In this document: in pieces, positions 1-12,071 of the stretch
How the letters are laid out: every line of letters starts with the position of its first letter
Numbering within the stretch: position 1 is the stretch's first letter
Origin: Octopus vulgaris
Lineage: Eukaryota
Reading direction: 5' to 3'
DNA: 64,000 nt
NCBI GenBank assembly: GCA_951406725.2
Contig: OX597815.1
Location: forward strand, 180,668,001-180,732,000
Notes under the pieces: model-generated
Databases searched by the model: none
What the model saw: only the letters and a program-made list of their open reading frames with translations
Told to the model about the DNA's origin: nothing
Made by a program: the position numbers and the translations under genes

Positions 1-57
1 AGTTTAATAGTTACGTATATGTTGACATGTTTAGTTATTGTATGTTAATTGTTATGG

Positions 58-136
<79 letters not shown>

Positions 137-579
137 AATTATTGTATACAGTGCTCAGGTGCACCACAACATTTAACAATGCACCATTCAAATTTGATCA
201 TTCATTCTGTTTTTTATATTTATGTGTGGCTTGTGTATACAAGCATATATGCATTTCTGTGTTTGTCCATACATATCTATACCTATTCTTGCTCTCTCTT
301 TTTTGTGTCTTGTCTCAAATGATCTAAACTGTGTGTACGTGTTTATTCCACAAATATGTGTGTCCTACAAAAGTATAAATAGAATGTAGACTTAAAAAAA
401 AAAATTCAAACATAAATCTCTCTTGCTATAAAATGTCGAGAAATAATATAGACGTTGAAAAGAAAACATGTCTACACGAACATATGGCTAATATCAATGA
501 CAAATAATATGCTTATTGTTGTTGACGCATGATTCGTTGGACCTTCAGATTTGCAGTTCTCTCTCGCGCTCTCTCTCTT

Positions 580-632
<53 letters not shown>

Positions 633-714
633 GTGTCTGTTTGTATGCATGCATAAACAGACACACACACAAGCACATATATGAGTGTGTGTGTGTGTAT
701 ATATATATATGTAT

Positions 715-745
<31 letters not shown>

Positions 746-937
746 TATATGTGTGTGCGTATACACGTATATTTCGCATGTATACATATATGTATATGCA
801 TCTGTGTGTATGTATATAAGTCTGTTTGTCTATCTATGAGTCTGTCTATCTATCTATCTACACACACACACACACATATACATATTATGCATATATACAT
901 ATCTATATATACATATACATACACATACACATATATA

Positions 938-989
<52 letters not shown>

Positions 990-995
990 TTTCAA

Positions 996-1207
996 CATGT
1001 GATCTCTTAAGCACCACCAGCTCAAATATTTTCTCCTCTGTCTTCCCTCCTTGGGATCTTTCCTTCTCCTTGTTTCCGACGAAGAGCTCCGCTCGAAACG
1101 TTAAACCCTCCTTCCCTTCTTTCCTGAGCGTCAATAATACTTTAATTGTTCCACGTCCTGCGTTGCTGTGTTTTTTCTCTTTTTTTTCTGTGTTTTCTTG
1201 TTTGGAT

Positions 1208-1211
<4 letters not shown>
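996..1211 (+). mobile_element. Short hammerhead-bearing repeat (family E, Penelope pLTR-like) in a (TA)n tract
   Basis: 1072-1106 reads GUUU-CCGACGA-A-GAGC(UCC)GCUC-GAA-ACGU-U-AAAC. Homologous copies are at ~15140, ~30660 and ~50250. The 3' end GTTTGGATTAAC joins (TA)n. Confidence 0.75.
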
Positions 1212-1245
<34 letters not shown>

Positions 1246-1265
1246 CATACACATACACATATATA

Positions 1266-1314
<49 letters not shown>

Positions 1315-1316
<2 letters not shown>

Positions 1317-1510
1317 CGGAGACGTACTTGCATAGCAAGTGATTTGATCTGAGATCGTGTGCTGGAACGAAAACAATTGCAGCATGGAAGGTATTTGTAA
1401 GCCATTTAAGAAACACACAAAAGCCGTTCGATTCACTTCAACATTTAAGTTTAATTTGTCAAAATATTTTCGTCGCTATAAGACCGCGACCTGTTCACTG
1501 ACAAAAATCC
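1315..1510 (-). mobile_element. Short repeat family F carrying a G3-C8 hammerhead variant
   Basis: Homologous to 13335-13517. The 3' end (minus strand) abuts (TA)n. The element may extend further, to ~1650. Confidence 0.7.
1455..1505 (-). ncRNA. Minimal type-I hammerhead motif with covariant G3-C8 core
   Basis: The minus strand reads UUUGUCA-GUGAACA-G-GUCGC(GGUCUUAUA)GCGAC-GAA-AAUAUU-U-UGACAAA: perfect 7-bp stem I, 5-bp stem II, palindromic 6-nt stem III. Confidence 0.7.
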
Positions 1511-2023
1511 GTGATATATTTTTGACATGGGTGATTCTTTCTTGTCTTGGGATTCATGGTCAAACGGCTGGGTGGAATTGCGCGAAAAATTACACAGATG
1601 TGTAGAATAATCCTGTGGTGATGCTGGGTTTTGTATGTTTATCGTTCCTAATTTAGCCTAATAAGACCCGGCAAATTGAGGAATTGGCGGATAGAGGATA
1701 TTCAACACTATTGATCCCTATATTTGGCTGGCATTGTACTGATCGTCTGGGAAAAGATGAAAGGCAAAATTGCCCTTGGCTGCGGGATGAAAACATAGTA
1801 TTTTTTTTTGTTCTATACTCTCCGAAAGAATGGAATTTGTAATCATACATTTGTTATGAAAATCATCACATTTTATTTAAAAACCTTAGCCGTCATGCGC
1901 AAGCGAGTATGATGTAGAGCTTGTACCATACTTCTGCCAATTGTTTTAAGTACCTATTGTAATTGCGAGTACACAGTAACATCTGAAGAGAGAGAGAGAG
2001 AGAAAAGGGAGGGAGAGAGAAAA

Positions 2024-2084
<61 letters not shown>

Positions 2085-2779
2085 ATGCCAATATTCGATT
2101 GTTACTCGTTTTCAGCGGCATTGACTGGCTGGATGAATGTAAAATGAAATTCCCACTCAAGGACGCAACGCACCGCCCGAACCAAGAATCGAACGTCCGA
2201 CATTTTGCCCATGACAGCAATACCTAACCGCAAGGGCACGTCATGACCTTATCAAAAAGGCAAGTAAGCTAAGGGAAATAACTAAAATAAGTTGATGCCA
2301 TGAATTTAGATAAAGCAATGGATGATTTGGTGAATAACGTTTACAAAGCATTCTCAAATAACTGGAATTTCTTTTGAGTTGGAGAAAGAAAACAAAAAAG
2401 AAAGAAGAAATGGACAGAAATAATATTACGAAGTTAAGAATTATTTCCACAAAATTTATTTACATGACTTAGAGAAAATCTTATCTTTACAGTCAAGGAG
2501 GACAGCTAACAGACATTTTTTAGTCTTTTCAAATTCATCAGTAGATCATAGCCTAGTCGGCTAGATTCTTTTTTTCTTCTTTTTGTTTCCATACCATCGT
2601 TGTTTATGGGCCACTGGAGCCGACGACGGACTTTCCAAGTACTTGGTTTATTTCAAAATGTCAGTTAAATATCCCTCAAATACCTCCTTTTCGCAATGGT
2701 TCTCTAACGACCCCTTTGGTCCGTATTTTACTCCACTGGATCATTCGATGTGTAAAAGAGTCCTATTATATTTATATAC

Positions 2780-3187
2780 TCTTTTACTCTTTTACTTGTT
2801 TCAGTCATCTGACTGCGGCCATGCTGGAGCACCACCTCTAATCGAGTAACTCGACCCCGGGACTTATTCTTTTGTAAGCCCAGGACTTATTCTATCGGTC
2901 TCTTTTGCCGAACCGCTAAGTAACGGAGACATAAACACACCAGCATCGGTTGTCAAGCAATGCTAGGGGGACAAACACAGACACACAAACACACACACGC
3001 ATACATATATATATACATATATACGACGGGCTTCTTTCAGTTTCCGTCTACCAAATCCACTCACAAGGCTTTGGTCGGCCCGAGGCTATAGTAGAAGACG
3101 CTTGCCCAAGGTGCCACGCAGTGGGACTGAACCCGGGACCATGTGGCTGGTAAACAAGCTACTTACCACACAGCCACTCCTGCGCCT
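2780..3187 (-). mobile_element. tRNA-derived SINE family A, full length (representative copy)
   Basis: Head GGCGCAGGAGTGGCTGTGTGGTAAG..GGTTCAGTCCC, CORE-like CCTTGGGCAAG, internal (TA)(TG) microsatellite, tail ...GACTGAAACAAGTAAAAGA. About 20 copies or fragments in the window, e.g. 4995-5390, 9380-9890, 12535-12912, 16315-16715, 16750-17565, 47905-48265 and 49145-49583 on the - strand. Confidence 0.85.
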
Positions 3188-3306
3188 AATAATAATAATT
3201 ATGATTAATTATTATTATTATTATTATTATTGTATATTATTATTATTATATAAGTTGTATATTTTATGTATTGTTGAAATGTAAGCAACTCATTGCACAT
3301 ATCAAA

Positions 3307-3550
3307 TAATATTCGTAGCCACTTCAACACGGCTGTCCGTTCGAACGGACTCCACTGCGATGTTTTAACGCCAAGAGGACATCTCCTCTAGCTGGTTAAA
3401 CTGCGAGCAATAGAGTCCGTTCGAACGGACAGCCATGTTGAAGTAGCTACGAATATTACTTGTTAGTACAATTACTGTGTTGATCTCTTTGAGAGTTTTT
3501 AGAGCAAGCATTTTTGCTTGTTGCAAAATCAGTGACTGTGTGTTCGCTTG

Positions 3551-3581
<31 letters not shown>

Positions 3582-3586
3582 CAACC

Positions 3587-3619
<33 letters not shown>

Positions 3620-3950
3620 TATTGTGAGCAGAAGCAAACTGCTATCATCTCTGGCAGATGAAGTGTTCAGTACCAAGGGGTGGCAGAAATAGCCCAAAAC
3701 CAGGACTGGTCTACTGGTCCCATTGCTGGGAGATGGTAGAGGTTTGCTCCCCTGCTCGCAATTTTATCTGATGCAGCTGCACATCATTAACCAGCTAGAG
3801 GAGATGTCCACACTCGGGGTTAAAAAATAACAGTAGAGTCCGTTCAAATGGACAGCCATGTTGAAGTGGCTACGAATATTACTGATCAGTATAACTACTG
3901 CATTGATCTCTTAGAGAGATTTTAGAACTAGCATTTTTGCTTATTGCACA
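3307..3950. repeat. Fold-back repeat complex
   Basis: 52-bp inverted arms 3307-3358 and 3407-3458, each with palindrome GTCCGTTCGAACGGAC. A direct third copy of ~3407-3525 lies at ~3832-3948. GACATCTCCTCTAGCTGGTTAA (3378) is inverted at 3787. Confidence 0.8.
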
Positions 3951-4601
3951 TAAATTTTCACAAAATCTTTTATACACCCCAGCCAAGGGTTAAGAACCCC
4001 TGGTCTCTTGCTTTAAAAAGGACACATTAAAAGTAGCAGTTGAGGAGATACGAAGAAGGTGAAACGATCATGTCTAGAACGTTTTTCACCACTGGTTTGC
4101 ACAATATCAGGTTTTACCAAAGACTAAAACAATAACATCAACAACGAGGAGAGCTACGATGTGGTCGATGGACCGATTAAACATTGCAGTCATTTACCCT
4201 CTCAAATTTGCACGCTACTCTCTTGAAAATGAAAATACATTAGGTAATGTTGGGCAATTAACGATACATTAATGGGGGTACACTATCTTTTCAGAGATAA
4301 AAAAGAAGAACCACATTTGTTTACAATTGTCCATGTGTATCAGATTACAAACAACAGTGATTGCTAACATTTGTACTGTTTATCAATAGAGATATTTTAT
4401 TGGACACTTCAGATTATTGGATTATGTTTTCCTAACATACATACATCTATACATACGTATATACATATATATGTGTGTGCATGTACATATACATACATAC
4501 ATACATACATACATACATACATACATACATACATACATACATACATACATACAAACATACATATATATGTGTGTGCATGTACATATACCTACATACATAC
4601 A

Positions 4602-4637
<36 letters not shown>

Positions 4638-4646
4638 TATATACAT

Positions 4647-4713
<67 letters not shown>

Positions 4714-4757
4714 GAAAAATATTGCAGTACAAATGTATTATTCTTGTACCACTCATC

Positions 4758-4808
<51 letters not shown>

Positions 4809-5844
4809 GTGTGCATGTTTGTATGCATACACACAGATATACATATATATACATATATATGTATATACATACACATATATATGTATATACATACATACAC
4901 ATATATATGTATATACATACATACACATATATATGTATATACATACATACACATATGGCTTTCTGTCGCTTACGACGATAAGGGTTATATTCTTTTATTC
5001 CTTTACTTTTGTTCGTTTCAGTCATATGACTGCGGCCATACTGGAGCACCACCTTTTAGTCGAACAAATCGACCCCAGGACTTATTATTTTGTAAACCTA
5101 GTACTTATTCTATCGGTCTCTCTTGCCGAACCGCTAAGTTACAGGGACGTAAAAGCACCAACATCGTTTGTCAATAGATAGTGGTTGTGGGGTGGGGTGG
5201 GAGGGGGGACAAATAGAGACACACAAACATATACGGGCTTCTCTCAGTTTCCGTCTACCAAATCCACTCACAATGTTTGGTCGGCCCGAGGCTATAGTAG
5301 AAGACACTTGCACAAAGTGCCACGCAGTGGGACTGAACCCGGGACCATGTGGTTGGGAAGTAAGCTACTTACCACACAGCCACTCCTGTAGATGTACACA
5401 GGGCGTGGTCGGTGCGTGTATGTTGGTGTATAATAAAATAGATCACCAATACAGAGCAGTCCTAAGTGTGGTGTCATCAGCATAGTAGTCCTTTGGCGAG
5501 GTTTTGTAGTTAGTACAAGTGCATGAGGCATTGTTCGCAAGTGTGGTGAGAAAAAACAGTCCCTACAAAAGGATAAAGTGCATACGACTGTAACAGAACG
5601 AGTTTGAAAGCCAATATGGTTGTGCAGCGTTGAAAAGTGAGAAAAATAGGGCCTGTAATCGAGTTTCAATTCTTTCTCAGAGTTGTGTACAATGTGCTTC
5701 CATTCCAAGCCAACATTAAACGGAGGGTTTGAATACGAGTAGACCGAAAGTCAGTGGTCTTCTGGCTCCACCGTTCTTGTTTTATTTTCTAGAAATACTA
5801 TATGTAACCACGACTATATTTCTTTTCAATATATTAAAACTAAA

Positions 5845-6830
5845 AGGCGGCGAGCTGACAGAAACGTTAGCACGCCGGGCGAAATGCGTAGCCGTATTTC
5901 GTCTGCCGTTACGTTCTCAGTTCAAATTCCACTGAGGTCGACTTTGCCTTTGCCTTTCATCCTTTCGGGGTCGATAAATTAAGTACCAGTTACGCACTGG
6001 GGTCGACATAATCGACTTAATCCGTTTGTCTGTCTTTGTTTGTCCTCTCTATGTTTAGCTCCTTGTGGGTAATAAAGAAATAAGTATTTCGTCTGCCGTT
6101 ACGTTCTGAATTCGAATTCCGCCGAGGTCGACTTTAGCTTTCATCCTTTCGGGGTTGATTAAATAAGTACCAATTACGCACTGGGGTTGATATAATCGAC
6201 TTAATCCGTTTGTCTGTCCTTGTTTGTCCTCTCTGTGTTTAGCCCCTTGTGGGTAGTAAAGAAATAGAAATAGGTATTTCGTATGTCATTACGTTCTGAG
6301 TTCAAACTTCGCCGAGGTCGACTTTGCCTTTCATCCTTTCGGGGTCGATCTAATCGACTGGCCCCCTCCCCCCCAAATTTCAGGCAATGTGCCTCGAGTA
6401 GAAAAGTATATTTCTTTTCAATATATTAAAACAAAAAGGTGGCGAGCTGGCAGAACCGTTAGCACGCTGGACGAAATGCTGAACGGTATTTCACCTGTTG
6501 CTACGTTTTGAGTTCTGATTCCGCCGAGGTCGACTTTGCCTTTCATCCTTTCGCGGTCGATAAATTAAGTACCAGTTGCGCACTGGGTCGATCTAATCGA
6601 CTGGCCCCCTCCCCTAAAATTTCGGGCCTTGTGCTTAGAGTAGAAAAGAATATAAGGGGTATTCTAAGGCTTCGAGCTGGCAGAAACGTTAGCACGCCGG
6701 GTGAAATGCTTAGTGACATTTCGTCCGTCTTTAAGTTCTGAGTTCAAATTCCGTTGGGGTCGACTTTGCCTTTTATCGTTTCAGGGTTGATAAAATAAGC
6801 ACAGCTGAGCTCTGGTGTCGATAAAATTGA
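5845..6830 (+). mobile_element. Head-to-tail array of tRNA-derived SINE family B (Meta-domain-like)
   Basis: Head GGCGGCGAGCTGGCAGAAACGTTAGCACGCCGGGCGAAATGC, B-box GAGTTCAAATTCC, central GCCTTTCATCCTTTCGGGGTCGATAAATTAAGTACCAG. Five body units. Confidence 0.85.
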
Positions 6831-8578
6831 CTTACACACTACCTTGGACGGAAGTTTAATCTCCATATTTTTCCGCATATTTTGAAAAAAAAAAGAAAAG
6901 AATTCTGAAAAAAGTAGCCGTACACTGTGTTGGGAGGGGTGAGGGGTGGGGTAAATTCTTTTTAATTGAAATTTTACAAAAAGTTTTGGAAATTTTTTTC
7001 AGAATTATCTCCATATTTTTCCGCATATTTTGAAAAAAAAAAAAAATTCTGAAAAAGTAAAAAAATGAAGAAATTAAGTGTGAGTGGGGTTAATTTCAAA
7101 ATGCCGATTTTTGCCAATTTTCTTTTTTGCAGATTCGTATTCTCCGTAGCCGAAAACGGGGGTTTGTGTAGAATTAAATAAATAAATAATTAAATAAATA
7201 AATAAATGAAGCGGGGATTTTAGGAGGGATATAAAAGGAAGTCTTGCTCCTTGGACTTGCTGGTTTTGTGTCACTATTTGAAGTTAATATTTTTAAACAG
7301 AGACTTGGCCCCTTGTGGGTCATAAATAAATAAATTTTAAGATAGAGATATGTTGTCGGTATTTCTTCCATTTCAAGAAACTACCCAGAAGCCTGTGTCA
7401 GTTAAAACAGATTTATTTTAAGAACCATTTTATATTTAATCAAATTCCTAACATATTGTTACTCAGCGTTATGAAACCGACATTCTTGATGTAACCCACG
7501 CCCATCCTCAGTGGCACTTTGACTGAAAACCGGAAACCTCTTCATGGTTACTCGATTTGCTCGAATAATCAACCACGTCTCCTTCAAATCTATTTTTAAA
7601 CAATGAAGTCGAAGGAGGCACGTTCTGTCTGGAAACAACAAGGGATAGTCGCAGTTGGAATGTCTTTAGCAATAGATATGCTAAATCGGCGCCAACTTGA
7701 GACTAAATAACAACCTCCACTTTAAGTTTGCATGAATGATAAACGTCGCCCTTTTCAACCCTAGCCAGGCTCATGGGCCCGGTTTCCCGGTTTCTATGGC
7801 GTATGTCCCCCCCCCCAGCTGGACGGGACTCAAGAAACAGGAAGAGAGAGTGAGAGAAAGTTGTAGGAGAGAAAGTTGTGGCGAAAGAGTACAACAGGGG
7901 TCACCACCATCACCTGCCGGAGCCTCGTGGAGCTTTTAGGTGTTTTCTCTCAATAAACACACACAATCAAAACCGCGATCCTCCAACCGTGAGTCCGCTG
8001 CCCTAACCAGTGGGCCATTGCGCCTCCTTAAGTTTGCATACTGTGTGTATATTAATTTATTAATTTGATTTGCTAGAAATAACAGGTAAACCTTCTACCC
8101 CAAGTTGCATCTTACTGTCTTAAGTAAGAAAATGTTTTAAATAAATTAGTCTAAGAAGAGATGGTCACAGCTGGAATGCCTTTCATCTTCGGCTCGACCA
8201 AAGTCGAGGTTGTACTAAATAGAAACAACAGTTAATTTTCAACAACCTTCATTTTCATATCTTTCTTCTCTCATCTTCTTCCCTTCTTCTCCCCTCTCTT
8301 TATAAAACCTTTTCTCCAAACGTCTGTCTATATACTTATTTGTGTGTGTGTGTGCACGTGTGTGTGTGTGTGTGTGTGTGTCTGTGTGTCTGTGTGTATA
8401 CAAACATTGCGCAGAAGGATGACAAAGTAACACACGGAAATTTTCCACACAAGACACGGACATGCTCTCTCTCTTCAATTATCGTCCAAAAGTCATAACA
8501 ATTTCGCACCTTTAACGATATGATTGTTAATTTTGGTGGCGTCAACCAACAATCTACCTACGTACGTTTCTACCAACA

Positions 8579-8677
<99 letters not shown>

Positions 8678-8702
8678 TTTTCTGTCTGTCTGTCTCTGTC
8701 TG

Positions 8703-8809
<107 letters not shown>

Positions 8810-9306
8810 CCACCTCCTGCTAAAAGTCTGAGGGAAATCTGAAACATATGCCTCAGCCTTATAGGCAATACTAAAATTTATATACTAGGTGTGATAACAT
8901 CCTCACAAAGCCAACAATTTTGATAAATGTCTCCACTGCAGACGCACAGTGGGCACCGGTTTAAGCTGTGAAAGTAACTGGAAAAAAGTTAGGCTAAAAC
9001 ATGGGGCTACATGAAGATGCCATTACCACATGTCTAACTTTTCAGGCACCACATCGGTTCTTAAGCAATGGTGAGAGAAAAGCACAAAACCAAAGAAACA
9101 CACACACACACACATACACACATACACAGATACTCGTATATACATGACGGGCTTTCAGTCTGTGTCAACAAAATCTACTCACAAGGTTTTTGTCAAGCTG
9201 AAGCTATAGTAGAAGCCTCTTGCCCAAGGTGCTACATGGTGGGATCGAACCCGGAATCTTGAGGCCGAGCAGCAAAATTCTTACCACTCAGCCACGCCTG
9301 TACTTT

Positions 9307-9361
<55 letters not shown>

Positions 9362-9609
9362 TCTCTTGTTTTTTATAATTCTTTTACTTGTTTCAGTCAT
9401 TTGACCACGGCCATGCTGGAACACCGCCTTTAAGTGAAACGAATCGATCCCAGGACTTATTCTTTGTAAGCCTAGTACTTATTCTGTCCCTCTTTTTTGG
9501 TGAACGCTTTGGTTACGGGGACGTAAACACACCAGCATTGGTTGTCAAGCGATGGTGGCCAAACACAGGCACACAAATACATACATACATACATACATAC
9601 ATACATACA

Positions 9610-9641
<32 letters not shown>

Positions 9642-9680
9642 CATACATATATATATACATACATACATACATACATATAC

Positions 9681-9725
<45 letters not shown>

Positions 9726-9882
9726 ACGGGCTTCTTTCAGTTTCCGTCTACCAAATCCACTCACAAGGCTTTTGATGACCCGAGGCTATAGTAGAAAACA
9801 CTTGCCCAAGGTGCCACGGAGTAGGATTGAATCCGGAACAATGTGGTCGGGAAGCATGCTTCTTACTATACAGTCACTTCTG

Positions 9883-9943
<61 letters not shown>

Positions 9944-10062
9944 ATATATATGTGCATGTGGCTTTATATCTGTGCTTGTCTTCCATTATCATTCGACGAC
10001 TGGTATGAATACGTCTCAGTAATTTAGCGGTTCGGCAAACACATCGATAGAATATGTGCGAG

Positions 10063-10506
10063 GGATCTTTTCGGTTTGAACGGCAGTTTTTTTAAATAAT
10101 TTCCACGTAACTAAACACTTTTAAACTGCGTATACTGGTAGAATGTGTTTATAAAACATCTTTTTCTCTTGGCTTTCTTGAGAAAATTCTATAGTTTGTA
10201 AGATATTTGTTGTTTTTTTTCTTCAATTTCTGCAATTTCAACCAATCAATGACGTCTATTGAAGTAAAAAAAACATTCTGTGCCGTATGAATATGTCCCT
10301 CGTTTAAGAAACAAATTGGGTCTATTTACATATGTGAAGAAAAAAAGATTCCCTTCCCCCCCACCCCTAATCCTACCCCTAACCCTAACTAACCCTAATC
10401 CTAAAACAGACTGAAATGCAATAGATCGGTACTAGGGTCATAATTATGGGTGACAATTTCATATGACACCGCTAGAAAAAAACTGCCGTTCAAACCGAAA
10501 AGACCC
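10063..10506. mobile_element. MITE with GG-initiated ~30-bp TIRs and 8-bp TSD (Merlin-like), inserted in a SINE
   Basis: TIR GG(A/G)TCTTTTCGGTTTGAACGGCAGTTTTTT. TSD TGTGCGAG 10055-10062 and TGTACGAG 10507-10514. Removing the element restores the SINE text. Internal CCCTAA-like repeats at 10365-10404. Confidence 0.85.
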
Positions 10507-10892
10507 TGTACGAGGCTTAAATAATAAGTGCTGGGGTCAATTTGTTCGACTAAAATTCTTCAAGACGATGCCCCAGCATGGCCGCATTGTAAATGACAGA
10601 AACGAGTAAACGATAAAAGAAATAAAAAAAAAAAAAAACTATTTGTGCGTCTGTAAATATCTTATAAAATATTTTTGTGGTTTTTCTCAGTTTTATAACC
10701 GAGTCTTTCTGCTGTCAGTTTTTCTGTCCCACGTGTGTTTTGTATACAGACAGGCATACACATGTGTGTATGTGTATGTCTTCGTGTGTGTACGTATGTA
10801 TCTATGTAAGTTTTGCGTGTGTATGTATGTTTGTATATATATATGCATGTATATATATATATATATATATTTATATATGTATATATATATGC

Positions 10893-10968
<76 letters not shown>

Positions 10969-11142
10969 ATCTACTTCTCACTCTTTGGCTGTCTGTCTAT
11001 CTATCTATGTATCTATGTATCTATCTATCTATCTCTGTTTATCTATCTATCTTACATACTACTTCTTCCCCCATCTCTCTCTCTCTGTTTCTCTCTCTCT
11101 CTCATTCCAAATGCTTTAACAGCATGCTATATCTATTACACT

Positions 11143-11207
<65 letters not shown>

Positions 11208-11273
11208 CTGTCTTCTGTTTGTCTGTCTGTCTGTCTCTCGTTCACTCTTTGTCTCTCTCTCTCTCTCGTTCTC

Positions 11274-11304
<31 letters not shown>

Positions 11305-11441
11305 ATCTGTCCCTCACTCCCAGACACTGCTTTAAATTAGGAGTTTTTTTTTTTCTTCTTCTGCTCTTTGTTAATATATTTCAACTTTAGTTTCGTTTTC
11401 ACCCAATTTCCATTTCTACACATACGCGCTCCCTTACATGC

Positions 11442-11496
<55 letters not shown>

Positions 11497-12063
11497 ACAC
11501 ACACACACACACACACAACGTTCAAGCTGATGACTTGCATATTGGAATTTCTGTTCACTTTTCAAACAAACACAACCTCGGGCAAAATCTAGACGAACAG
11601 AAAAAGGGACACTTGCTTAAGTCTTTCGTGCCCACCCCATTTCGTCTTACTTCATTTTGTGATTTTATTCTTATTTATTTTGTTTTCTTTTTTTTTTTAT
11701 TTACATCTTTCTTTTCGCGTATCCCCTTATCCTTCTTTCACTTCGCCTGGGAAGGCGTTTTTCACCGCCACCCCGCACCACAACTTATATAGTATATGTA
11801 TGTATGTATGTATGTATGCATGTATGTATGTACGTATGTATGTATGTATGTATGTATGTATGTATGTATGTATGTATGTATGTATGTATGTATGTATGTA
11901 TGTATGTGGAAGCGTTTGATAGTTTGCGGTTTGCTTGTTTTCCTTTTTCTTTTCTTTCTTTTACTTCTTTTACTTCTTTTTTCTTCTTCTTGTTATTTTA
12001 GTTCTATTTCTTCATGTTCTTGTTCTTGTTATTATTGTTCATCTTCTTCCATCGACAGTTTTT

Positions 12064-12071
12064 TTCCCACG
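12064..12071 (-). promoter_or_regulatory. Consensus CSL/Su(H)/RBPJ site (CGTGGGAA)
   Basis: TTCCCACG on the + strand, in unique sequence ~8.8 kb upstream of the NRARP ATG. Confidence 0.4.

Noticed and set aside
2950-3153. Recurrent ORF peptide [37 protein letters not shown]
   Set aside because: It is the antisense translation of SINE family A, not a gene family.
6845-7330. Possible Helitron-like element with an internal ~55-bp direct repeat (6858 and 7006)
   Set aside because: A TC start is plausible on the - strand, but I found no CTAG or terminal hairpin, so the class cannot be assigned.
10365-10404. Telomere or chromosome-fusion scar
   Set aside because: Only ~6 degenerate units, and they are internal to a MITE. 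A similar 3-unit run at 34993-35008 is also too short.
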